A stretch of 64,000 nt of DNA, from assembly GCA_965203175.1 (NCBI GenBank), contig OZ241867.1, positions 3,200,001 to 3,264,000 of the forward strand. The letters run 5' to 3'. The notes under the pieces were generated by a model. The model saw only the letters and a program-made list of their open reading frames with translations. It did no database searches and was not told the origin of the DNA. Of this stretch, positions 1 to 8,279 are shown piece by piece. Position numbers and translations under genes: made by a program. Each line of letters begins with the position of its first letter. Within the stretch, counting starts at the first letter, position 1. The DNA is from Candidatus Latescibacterota bacterium. GTDB lineage: Bacteria > Latescibacterota > UBA2968 > UBA8231.

Positions 1-1
1 G

Positions 2-562
2 CGCTACATGGCGGCGCGCGATTCGAGCCATTCGGTCATCTTGGGGAAATTCGTCCACTGGAATCCCCGCCAGTACCCGATTATGACTTGGTGCTGGCGG
101 GCTGCGGCCTTGCCGCTGGGCGGCAACGAGTTTCTCGACGACGCCAACGACAGTGCAGCCGGCCTGTACGTCATCTTCTCTAAGAATTGGCTGGGAGTGC
201 CCAAACAACTCAAATACGTGTGGAGCACGACCTTGCCCGAAGGCACGGTGGGGCGGCGCGACAAGATATTCCGGCCTTGGTTTTTCGTCGTCGAAAGCGG
301 CGCGGCCAACTTGGGCAAGTGGACCTTTGAGGTCGTTGACTTGGAAAAGCACCACCGAGAAAAGTTAGGCGGTCGGCCGGCTAAGCGCACCATTGGCTTG
401 GGGCTGCTGACAGACGCCAACTCGACCCGTTCGTACGCCGAAGCGTACTACGCAGACTTGCGCGTGTGGACGCGCGAGGCTTTTGTCGGCGGGCGCGTTG
501 TCAATCACTGCGGTGGACTTCCCGTCTCCAACGGCGAGTACTCAGGGGAGAATTCACAATGA
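2..562 (+). CDS. DUF3047-family protein (5'-truncated by window edge)
   Basis: Frame open from base 2; contains the 'W.W', 'LKYVWSTTLPEGT' and 'LLTDANST..AEAYYADL' segments typical of DUF3047; stop overlaps the next ATG. Confidence 0.65.
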   Translation, partial: RYMAARDSSHSVILGKFVHWNPRQYPIMTWCWRAAALPLGGNEFLDDANDSAAGLYVIFSKNWLGVPKQLKYVWSTTLPEGTVGRRDKIFRPWFFVVESGAANLGKWTFEVVDLEKHHREKLGGRPAKRTIGLGLLTDANSTRSYAEAYYADLRVWTREAFVGGRVVNHCGGLPVSNGEYSGENSQ

Positions 563-1197
563 AAACGCTATGGTGCGCCGCGTGGGTCGTCTTATGCGTC
601 GCGGCTGTTGCTAGTGCGGCCGACGATCCCGACGGTCCCATCGCCTTCCTCAAGAGTCACGACGCCGAGGTGCAGGCCATACTCGCCGAGGCACCGGCCG
701 ACTCGCTGCCCCCGGCCGTGCGGGAAGAGATCAAGCAGCACATCAACGCGGCCTTTGACTTTCGGGAATTGAGCCGTCTCGCCTTGGGAGATCACTGGGC
801 GGAGCGCTCCCCGGCCGAGCGCGACCACTTCGCCGAGACCTTCAGCAGCATCATCCGCGAGCAGAATTTCGACAGCTTCTCCCGTTACTACCGCGAGGGC
901 GAGATCCGCTACGAGTCGGCTGAAGTGCAAGAAGACGCCGCCGTCGTCCAAGCGCTGGCACCCGTGCGAGATGAGCAAATAGAGATCGAGTACAAGCTCC
1001 ATCGGGTGGAGGGTGTGTGGCGGATATACGACTTGGTCATCGACGGCATCAGCACAGCCGAGGGCAACAGACGGCGCTATGCCCGCTACATCGAGAAAAA
1101 TGGCTACGAGAAGCTGATCGTCCAGCTCGACAAGCAGTTGGCCCGCCTGCGCGAAGCGATTCTCTCGCCGCCTTCAGGCGGTGCAACCGAGGATTAA
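559..1197 (+). CDS. MlaC/Ttg2D (HpnM-like) periplasmic lipid-binding protein
   Basis: Start refined to ATG 559 (GGGGAG upstream); signal peptide MKTLWCAAWVVLCVAAVASA; 'FDFRELSRLALGDHW' and 'WRIYDLVIDGIS' MlaC motifs. Confidence 0.85.
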   Translation: MKTLWCAAWVVLCVAAVASAADDPDGPIAFLKSHDAEVQAILAEAPADSLPPAVREEIKQHINAAFDFRELSRLALGDHWAERSPAERDHFAETFSSIIREQNFDSFSRYYREGEIRYESAEVQEDAAVVQALAPVRDEQIEIEYKLHRVEGVWRIYDLVIDGISTAEGNRRRYARYIEKNGYEKLIVQLDKQLARLREAILSPPSGGATED

Positions 1198-1206
1198 CCC
1201 TCCGCC

Positions 1207-3600
1207 ATGCCCATAAGCCACCAGCGCTTGGTGCGCTACATCTACCACCACTACATCGGCATAATTGCGCTGGCCACGATACTGTCGGTATTTGCCGGGT
1301 TCTTCGCTGCCAAGCTGGCCGGAAACATCAAGACCGACTTCGCCGACCTGCTGTCCGACGACTACGTCAGCGTCCAGGAACTCAACCGCATCAAGGCCCG
1401 CATTGGCGGCATCGCTCCGCTGATGATCGTCATTACCAGCGACGATTTGGACGCGGCCGTTTCCTTCATGCAGGTCTTGGCCGATTCGCTCGAACACAGC
1501 TCGCTGATCAGCTCGGTGAGCCGCCTCGATAGCAAAAAGAATCTGCTCGAAAAAAACCGGCTGCTCTACATGGATTTAGAGGACCTGCGAGAAGTCAACC
1601 GCCGCCTCGATGAACACATAGAGTTGCAAAAGCTCAAGCAGTCGCCGCTCTACTTTGCCTTGGACGACGAGGAAGAGCAGGTGCTCGACTTTTCGGATAT
1701 CGAGGCCAAGTACCAGCAGGATGGCGCGGTGGTCCCAGAGCAATATCGCCAGTACTTCATCACAAAAGAGGGCAACGGCGTCATCCTCCGCCTCTATCCG
1801 GCCGGGCTTACCACGGATGTCGCCTTCTCGCAGGACCTGATCGACCATATTGACCAGACCATTGCCGCCATCGGCCCGGAGCGCTTCCACCCGAGTATCG
1901 AATGCGTGTACAAAGGCAGTTTCCAAAATAGCGCCAACCAGTTCACGATTATTATCCGCGACCTCAAGTCAACGGCCTTGTACAGCATTGTCGGCGTGCT
2001 GCTGCTCATCACCCTGTTCTTCCGCCAAGTAATAGGCTCGCTCTTCATCACCTTGCCGCTGCTGATGAGCCTGACTTGGACTTTTGGCGTCACCTACTTG
2101 GCCATCGGCAGCCTCAACATGATCACCGTGGGGCTGTTCGCCATCCTCTTTGGGTTGGGCATTGACTTTGGCATTCACATCTTCGCCCGCTACCGCGAGG
2201 CCCACCGCCGAGGCATGGACATCGAACAGGCCCTGACCGTGACCGTCCGGTACACGGGCAAGGCCCTGGCGACGACAGCGGTCACTACCTCGATCGCCTT
2301 CTATTCGCTGCTGTTGACGGATTTTAAGGGCTTCTCGGAGTTCGGTTTTATCGTCGGCACTGGCATCCTGTTCTCGCTGGTGGCCATGGTCGCGATATGC
2401 CCGGCCTTCATCGTCCTCGCCGAGCGCCTGCGGTTAGTTACCCCGATCCCCAAGCGCAGCGTCCTGTGGCGCACTGGTCGCTATCCAAAGCCTTGGGCCA
2501 CCTTGCTGATAGGCACGGTGATCACTGGGTACTCGCTGTACCACCTCGGCGATTTGGAATTTGAATACGACTTCAGCAAGCTCAAGCCCGCGCCGCCGCC
2601 CAACATCAACAAGGGCAGCCTGCCCCAGAGCCTGAAGGAAGGCCGCTCGCCGGCCATCGTCTTGACTGAAAGCTACGACGAGGCTATGGAGGTAGTTCGC
2701 ACGGTCGAGGCCATCAAGGCTGCCAACGGCGACTCCTCCACGGTCCTCAATGTCAAGAGCGTGTACTCCGCACTGCCGCAAGACCAAGACGCCAAGCTGG
2801 CGCTCATCGCCAACATCCGCGCTTTACTCGACCGGGAAGAGGGCCTGTTTAGCGAGAGCGAACGGGCTAAACTGGACTCGCTGCGCCCGTACTTCGACGT
2901 GGAGAAGCTCACGCTCTACGACCTGCCCTCAGACTTGACCAATGAGTTCAAGGACAAGGAGGGCAACATCCTCAACTTCGTGGCGATCAACGCCTCGGTC
3001 GAGCTCAAGGACGGGAAAGACGCCATCCGCTTTGCCGAGGAAATCAGCCACATAGAAACGCCGACGGGCAAGACCTACATAGCCTCTAGTTCGCACATCA
3101 TCGTCGCCGAGATGCTCAAGGTCATGCTCGAGGACAGCCCCCTCGCCGTGATCCTCACGCTCGTGGTCGTCGCGGTGGTGCTGCTCATCGACCTGCGAAG
3201 TTTCATCGATACCCTGCTGGTGCTCACGCCGCTGTTGAACGCCTTGGTGTGGGTTGTGGGCTTCATGTATGTGTTTGACATCAAGCTCAACCTCTACAAC
3301 ATGGTCGCCTTCCCGACGATCATCGGCATGGGCATTGACAACAGCGTCCACATCTTCCACCGCTACCAAGAAGTCGGCCGTGGCTCGTTGCGATTGGTGT
3401 TGCGCACGACCGGGCTCGCGCTGTTGGCTACGTCGCTGACGACAATGGTCGGTTTCTCGGGATTGGTGCCAGCCATCCACCCGGCGCTCACGTCGATTGG
3501 CGTGCTCTCGCTGGTGGGATTGGGGTCTTGTTTTATCACGTCCGTCACTCTGCTGCCGGCCCTGCTGCAAATTCGCGAGCGCCGCACTGAGAAGCTCTAG
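1207..3600 (+). CDS. MMPL/RND family transporter (HpnN-like)
   Basis: Two repeats of TM + large loop + TM bundle; 'GLGIDFGIH' and 'GMGIDNSVH' MMPL motifs. Confidence 0.85.
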   Translation: MPISHQRLVRYIYHHYIGIIALATILSVFAGFFAAKLAGNIKTDFADLLSDDYVSVQELNRIKARIGGIAPLMIVITSDDLDAAVSFMQVLADSLEHSSLISSVSRLDSKKNLLEKNRLLYMDLEDLREVNRRLDEHIELQKLKQSPLYFALDDEEEQVLDFSDIEAKYQQDGAVVPEQYRQYFITKEGNGVILRLYPAGLTTDVAFSQDLIDHIDQTIAAIGPERFHPSIECVYKGSFQNSANQFTIIIRDLKSTALYSIVGVLLLITLFFRQVIGSLFITLPLLMSLTWTFGVTYLAIGSLNMITVGLFAILFGLGIDFGIHIFARYREAHRRGMDIEQALTVTVRYTGKALATTAVTTSIAFYSLLLTDFKGFSEFGFIVGTGILFSLVAMVAICPAFIVLAERLRLVTPIPKRSVLWRTGRYPKPWATLLIGTVITGYSLYHLGDLEFEYDFSKLKPAPPPNINKGSLPQSLKEGRSPAIVLTESYDEAMEVVRTVEAIKAANGDSSTVLNVKSVYSALPQDQDAKLALIANIRALLDREEGLFSESERAKLDSLRPYFDVEKLTLYDLPSDLTNEFKDKEGNILNFVAINASVELKDGKDAIRFAEEISHIETPTGKTYIASSSHIIVAEMLKVMLEDSPLAVILTLVVVAVVLLIDLRSFIDTLLVLTPLLNALVWVVGFMYVFDIKLNLYNMVAFPTIIGMGIDNSVHIFHRYQEVGRGSLRLVLRTTGLALLATSLTTMVGFSGLVPAIHPALTSIGVLSLVGLGSCFITSVTLLPALLQIRERRTEKL

Positions 3601-3604
3601 CCCC

Positions 3605-4750
3605 ATGCGCGTCGGCATTGTAGGAGCGGGCATTTTCGGTTTGGCCGCGGCCTTGGAACTCAACCGGCGGGGCCACCGGGTCACCCTCTTCGAACGCGGT
3701 CCCATCCCCTGTCCGGATGCCTCCTCGACCGATGTGTCCAAAGTCATCCGCCGCACCAGCTACCCCGAGGAGACCTACCACGAGTTGGTCGAGCGGGCCG
3801 CGCACCAGTGGCACCAATGGCACGACCAACTCAGCCGGACCATCTATTACCAGACTGGCAAGCTCAATATCTGGAGCGATGTGCCCACCGACAGCCCGGC
3901 TCGCCGCGGCTTGGAGACGCTGCATCAGCGGGGAAAGACGGTCGAAGTGCTGAGTCCGACTCAGGTCCGCCAGCGCTTTTCCCAATTTGCTGTGCAGGAC
4001 GACGACACGCTCTTTTACGATCCCTGGTCCGGCTATTTGCGCAGCAGTCAGGCCGTGGCTGATCTGGCCGCTCTGGCCCGGGACCGGGGCGTTGCTATTC
4101 GCTCCCACACCCCTGTGCAGGCCATGGACGAGACCGACCGGGGTATCCGCTTAGCCGCAGGGCCAGAGCGGCCTTTATTCGACCGCGTCGTAGTCGCCGC
4201 CGGTGCTTGGGTGGTACGCCTTTTTCCCGCGTTAAAGGACCACCTGCGCATAACGCGCCAGCAAATGGCCTTCTTGGTCCCGGTCGAGCCCGAAAAGTTC
4301 GCTCAGAAGGTGTTTCCCGTGTGGACAGCGCTGAGTTCTGAGGCGGCTTGGTACGGCTTCCCGCTGCTGCGCGAAGGGTACGTTAAAATCGCCGAGGACA
4401 GCAAAGTGGAGCGCGCCGAGCCTGAGGCCGATCGCGAACCTAGCCCCGACTTCCTCGAACAGGTCCGCGCCTTTGTCGCCCAGCGCCTGCCCGCTTTGGA
4501 AGGGGCCCGACTGGTCGGGGGGCGAGCCTGTCTGTACACCAATACGCCGGACGATCACTTCGTCATCGACTGGGCCCCGGGAGCGCGGGGGATTCTCATC
4601 GCCGGTTGTGGCAGCGGCCACGGCTTTAAATTCGGCGGCTCCATTGGATCAGTTATAGCCGACGCCCTAGAGGATCGCAAGAATCCACTGGGCGATTTGT
4701 TCCGTCTTGGCCAGCGCTTTGCCGACTCGGCGGATCCCCCTGGAAATTGA
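3605..4750 (+). CDS. FAD-dependent oxidoreductase, monomeric sarcosine oxidase/DAO family
   Basis: Start refined to ATG 3605; GAGIFG Rossmann motif, 'ASSTDVSKVIR', 'CLYTNTPDDHFVID', 'GSGHGFKFG'. Confidence 0.85.
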   Translation: MRVGIVGAGIFGLAAALELNRRGHRVTLFERGPIPCPDASSTDVSKVIRRTSYPEETYHELVERAAHQWHQWHDQLSRTIYYQTGKLNIWSDVPTDSPARRGLETLHQRGKTVEVLSPTQVRQRFSQFAVQDDDTLFYDPWSGYLRSSQAVADLAALARDRGVAIRSHTPVQAMDETDRGIRLAAGPERPLFDRVVVAAGAWVVRLFPALKDHLRITRQQMAFLVPVEPEKFAQKVFPVWTALSSEAAWYGFPLLREGYVKIAEDSKVERAEPEADREPSPDFLEQVRAFVAQRLPALEGARLVGGRACLYTNTPDDHFVIDWAPGARGILIAGCGSGHGFKFGGSIGSVIADALEDRKNPLGDLFRLGQRFADSADPPGN

Positions 4751-4846
4751 GCGTGGACTCCCTAGAAATCGACCCGACGCAAGGCCGAGTCCGCTTTTCT
4801 CAATGGGGGTTTTAGCTATATTGAAATGGAGGTTGAGGCAAAAAAA

Positions 4847-4922
4847 TGGAGCGAGAGACGGGACTCGAACCCGCGACAACCACGTTGGCAACGTGGAGCT
4901 CTACCAACTGAGCTACTCTCGC
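4847..4922 (-). tRNA. tRNA-Gly (GCC)
   Basis: Reverse complement GCGAGAG-TA-GCTCAGTTGGTAGAGC-T-CCACG-TTGCCAA-CGTGG-TTGTC-GCGGGTTCGAGTCCCGT-CTCTCGC-T-CCA folds into a 76-nt cloverleaf with encoded CCA. Confidence 0.97.
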
Positions 4923-4960
4923 TCGAAAATCACTCAAAATAGATCGCTATGGAGGGAAAA

Positions 4961-4989
4961 AATATAACCATGTCCCGTACAAGCGTCAA
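4961..4989 (-). promoter_or_regulatory. sigma70-type promoter for tRNA-Gly
   Basis: Minus strand TTGACG-17 nt-TATATT, about 40 nt upstream of the tRNA 5' end. Confidence 0.6.
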
Positions 4990-7900
4990 GGTGCGCCAAG
5001 CTCTGCTGATTCTCGTCGCAGCCCTCTTGGGAGTGGCCTGTGAACAGGGGCCGCCCGAGGAGTCGCCGGCTTGGCCCCCCAAGGCGCGCTGGCACAACAA
5101 TCAGGGCGTGGTCTATATGGATCAACACAACTACACGCGTGGTCGGGAGGAGTTTGCCCGCGCCCTTGCCTTGGCTCCAGACTACGCTAGTGCGCAGGCC
5201 AATCTCGGCATTGCGTACTACGCCCTCGGCAAGTACGACAGCGCCGCCACGGCTCTGCAAACCGCCCTCGCCATTGATCCCGCCCTCCTCCACGCCAATT
5301 ACGCGCTGGGCTTGATCTACAATGCCCAAGGCCGGGAGCACGACAAAGCACTCGCCGCCCTGCAAAAGGTCGCGGCTGCCGACCGCGACGACCCCCACGT
5401 GCGCTACTACATGGGGCAAATGCGGGCCAAGCTAAACGAGGGCGAGGCCGCCATCGCCGACTTTAAGGAGGCCATCCGCCTCGATCCCTACAACGTGTCG
5501 GCGTACTATGGACTGGCCAATCTCTACCGGCGGCTCGGGCGCGAGGAGGAGTGGAAAATCACCTTGGAGCGGTTCAACCAGCTCAGCCAAGCCGGCCACC
5601 AAGGCGTTTCTTCGTCCTATCAGGGACAGGGCAAATACGCCGAGGCCGTCGCCGACGCCGGTGGCGGCGATCCGAGTCAGGACGACGTGGCCGGGCCTTT
5701 TGTATTTGCGGCGGCTGGCCCGGCGGCTGGCTCGGTGCACTTTGCCGCCTTGGGCGATTTTGACGCGGATGGTCGGCCGGATGTCTTGGCTGGGGCCGAG
5801 GGCTTGCACTTGTACGCTGGCGGCACAGCAGAAATGCTCACTGCTCCGACGCTTCCCGACGGCTTTGGGGCGACTGGAGCGATCTCCGGCGACCTCGACA
5901 ACGATGGGACCGCCGACTTGGTCCTCAGCGGCGCAGGTGGAACCTTGCTCTACCGAGCGGCCAACGGCGAATGGGCTGACGGAGAAGACCTGTCCGCGGC
6001 TTCGACCGGTGTCGCGCTGGGCGATGCCGACCACGACGGCGACCTCGATGTGCTAGTGCTCGGTTCGCGCGTCTCGCTGCTGGCCAACGATGGGGAGGCC
6101 CGCTTTGCTGCTACGGGCCAACCGGTCGGTCCGGTCGCGGCTGACAGAGCTGCGTTCTCCGACCTGGACAACGATCGCGACGTGGATATAATCCTGCTTT
6201 CGGTCGAGGGCCTGCAAGTGCAAACCAACAATCGCGACGGCACGTTTGCGGAAATCGCTGACGCTTTGGGCTTGGGTCCCGTGCAGGGTGCGGGCTTGGC
6301 CGTCGAGGATTTCAACCAAGACGGCTATATGGACCTGGCGATCGCGGCCAACGGTGCCGTAGAAACGCATATCAACCAAGCCGGTCGCACCTTCGTCCGG
6401 GCCGAGGCAACGGCGGCGTCTAGCGGAAGGGCACTGATCCCCGCCGACTTCGACAACGACGGTGACCTCGATTTGCTCGCCTGCGAGGACGAGCGGCTGC
6501 AACCGCTCGCGTACGGCAAAGGCCAGTTTCATCCGCAATCCCCGATTGACGAGCCGGGCGGGGCTGCGCTCATGGCTGATTTCAACGGCGACGGTCGCGT
6601 GGATATTTGGACGGGTGGCCGGGTGCTGCACAATCAAAGCGAGGGAGGGAACTGGATCGAAATCGCCGCCCAAGGGCTCAATAGCAATCGCGACGGCGTC
6701 GGGGCCAAGGTAGAGGTAAAAACCACCCACCGCCTCCAGAAGCGCGAAATCCGCAGCGAGGGATACGCGGGCGTGCTCCACTTCGGCTTGGCGCAGAGCG
6801 ACTCGGTCGAATTCATCCGCATTCTCTGGCCCGGGGGCGTGCGCCAGACCGAATTGGCGACTGGGGCTGGACAGCGGCTGGAGTTGACGGAACTCGACCG
6901 CAAGGGCACTTCGTGCCCCATCCTCTACGCTTGGGACGGCGAGCGCTATCGCTTTGTCACCGACATTCTCGGGGGGGCCATTATTGGCTATTTGACCGCC
7001 CCAGGCCAGTACTATCAGCCCGACACTGACGAGTACGTTCGGTTGGGGACGCTGGCCCCCAAGGATGGGCACTATGTTTTGCAGCTAGCGAATCAGTTAG
7101 AGGAAATCATTTACGTCGATGCCCTCGAACTAGTGGCCGTCGATCATCCACCTGAATTCGATATATATCCCAACGAACGCCTGCTCTCCGCGCCACCCTA
7201 TCCAGAATTCAAGCTGTATCCCCTGCAAGGGCTGCGTCCGCCGGTGGCCGCCCGCGACCACCGGGGCGCGGACGTGTTGGCCACGCTGCAAGAGATCGAC
7301 GACGAGTGGTACGACGGGTTTGACCGGCTCGACATACACGGCTATGCCGAAGACTATGCGCTAGAGCTGGACTTGGGCGACCTGTCCGAATTCGCCCATC
7401 CGGTCTTGCTCGGCTATGGGTGGGTCGATTACGCGCATTCGACCTCCAATTGGAGCGCCGCGCAGCGCGGCTTGTCGCTGTATCCGCCGCGTTTGTCCGT
7501 AGCCGACGGCGAAGGGGGGTGGATCGAAGTCAGCGCGGATATGGGTTGCCCGGCGGGCCTACCCAAACACGCGCTCTTCGACTTGGCGGGCTTGTTCCCG
7601 TCCGACGACTACCGGCTGCGGACCGAGACCAATACTGCGCTCTATTGGGACCAATTGCTCGTCGGCGACGCTGCGGATGTCCCCCTCGCAGTTCACCGCC
7701 TGCAACCGGCGCGAAGCGACCTCCACTGGCGCGGCTACCCGGCCCATACGTCCATCAAGGGCACCTTTGCTTTTCGCTATCACTACGATCAATTGGAGTT
7801 AGAAGCGCCTTGGGGCACCCACGCCGGAGCCTTCACCCGCTTCGGTCCGGTGGAGGAGTTGGTCGAGGACATTGACGACCGCTTTGTCATCATGTTCCAC

Positions 7901-8158
7901 GGCGACGAGTTGACCGTTGAATTCGCCGCCTTGCCGCCGCCCGCGGCTGGTCTCGTGCGCTCGTTCTTGCTGTACGCCGATGGCTTCGGCAAGGACATGG
8001 ACCTGCACTCGGCGCACTCGCTAACGGTCGGGCCGCTGCCCTTTCACGGCATGTCCGGCTATCCGTACCCAGCGAGCGAGCACTATCCGCAGACTAGCGC
8101 GCACCTAGAGTACGTGCAGGAATACAACACGCGCTGGGTCAAGGGCTACTATGAATAA
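4970..8158 (+). CDS. Lipoprotein with TPR repeats, FG-GAP/VCBS beta-propeller and ASPIC/UnbV domain (CRTAC1-like)
   Basis: Lipobox LLGVAC; N-terminal TPRs; repeated D-[FL]-[DN]-x-DG-x-x-D motifs; 'SNRDGVGAKVEV...LHFGL...IRILWPGG' ASPIC/UnbV; 'SCPILYAWDG' C-terminal domain. Start uncertain (4949/4970/4991). Confidence 0.85.
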   Translation: MSRTSVKVRQALLILVAALLGVACEQGPPEESPAWPPKARWHNNQGVVYMDQHNYTRGREEFARALALAPDYASAQANLGIAYYALGKYDSAATALQTALAIDPALLHANYALGLIYNAQGREHDKALAALQKVAAADRDDPHVRYYMGQMRAKLNEGEAAIADFKEAIRLDPYNVSAYYGLANLYRRLGREEEWKITLERFNQLSQAGHQGVSSSYQGQGKYAEAVADAGGGDPSQDDVAGPFVFAAAGPAAGSVHFAALGDFDADGRPDVLAGAEGLHLYAGGTAEMLTAPTLPDGFGATGAISGDLDNDGTADLVLSGAGGTLLYRAANGEWADGEDLSAASTGVALGDADHDGDLDVLVLGSRVSLLANDGEARFAATGQPVGPVAADRAAFSDLDNDRDVDIILLSVEGLQVQTNNRDGTFAEIADALGLGPVQGAGLAVEDFNQDGYMDLAIAANGAVETHINQAGRTFVRAEATAASSGRALIPADFDNDGDLDLLACEDERLQPLAYGKGQFHPQSPIDEPGGAALMADFNGDGRVDIWTGGRVLHNQSEGGNWIEIAAQGLNSNRDGVGAKVEVKTTHRLQKREIRSEGYAGVLHFGLAQSDSVEFIRILWPGGVRQTELATGAGQRLELTELDRKGTSCPILYAWDGERYRFVTDILGGAIIGYLTAPGQYYQPDTDEYVRLGTLAPKDGHYVLQLANQLEEIIYVDALELVAVDHPPEFDIYPNERLLSAPPYPEFKLYPLQGLRPPVAARDHRGADVLATLQEIDDEWYDGFDRLDIHGYAEDYALELDLGDLSEFAHPVLLGYGWVDYAHSTSNWSAAQRGLSLYPPRLSVADGEGGWIEVSADMGCPAGLPKHALFDLAGLFPSDDYRLRTETNTALYWDQLLVGDAADVPLAVHRLQPARSDLHWRGYPAHTSIKGTFAFRYHYDQLELEAPWGTHAGAFTRFGPVEELVEDIDDRFVIMFHGDELTVEFAALPPPAAGLVRSFLLYADGFGKDMDLHSAHSLTVGPLPFHGMSGYPYPASEHYPQTSAHLEYVQEYNTRWVKGYYE

Positions 8159-8279
8159 AGAGCTTCCGGGCAGGGTAGTAGAAGGAGCGAAACGCGTGCC
8201 TAGCCTCTTACTGAGCAATGTGAATAAAGGGCTTCTGGACAGGGTAGTAGAAAGAGTAAAAGGTGCCTTTAGCCTCTCA
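8151..8279 (+). repeat. Imperfect in-frame tandem duplication with 69-bp period at the PBP1A 5' end
   Basis: atgaataaagagcttccgggcagggtagtagaaggagcg...tagcctct (8151) vs gtgaataaagggcttctggacagggtagtagaaagagta...tagcctct (8220). Confidence 0.8.

Noticed and set aside
4750-4922. tRNA-Gly as an island attachment site
   Set aside because: No integrase nearby and no duplicated tRNA 3' end noticed in the window
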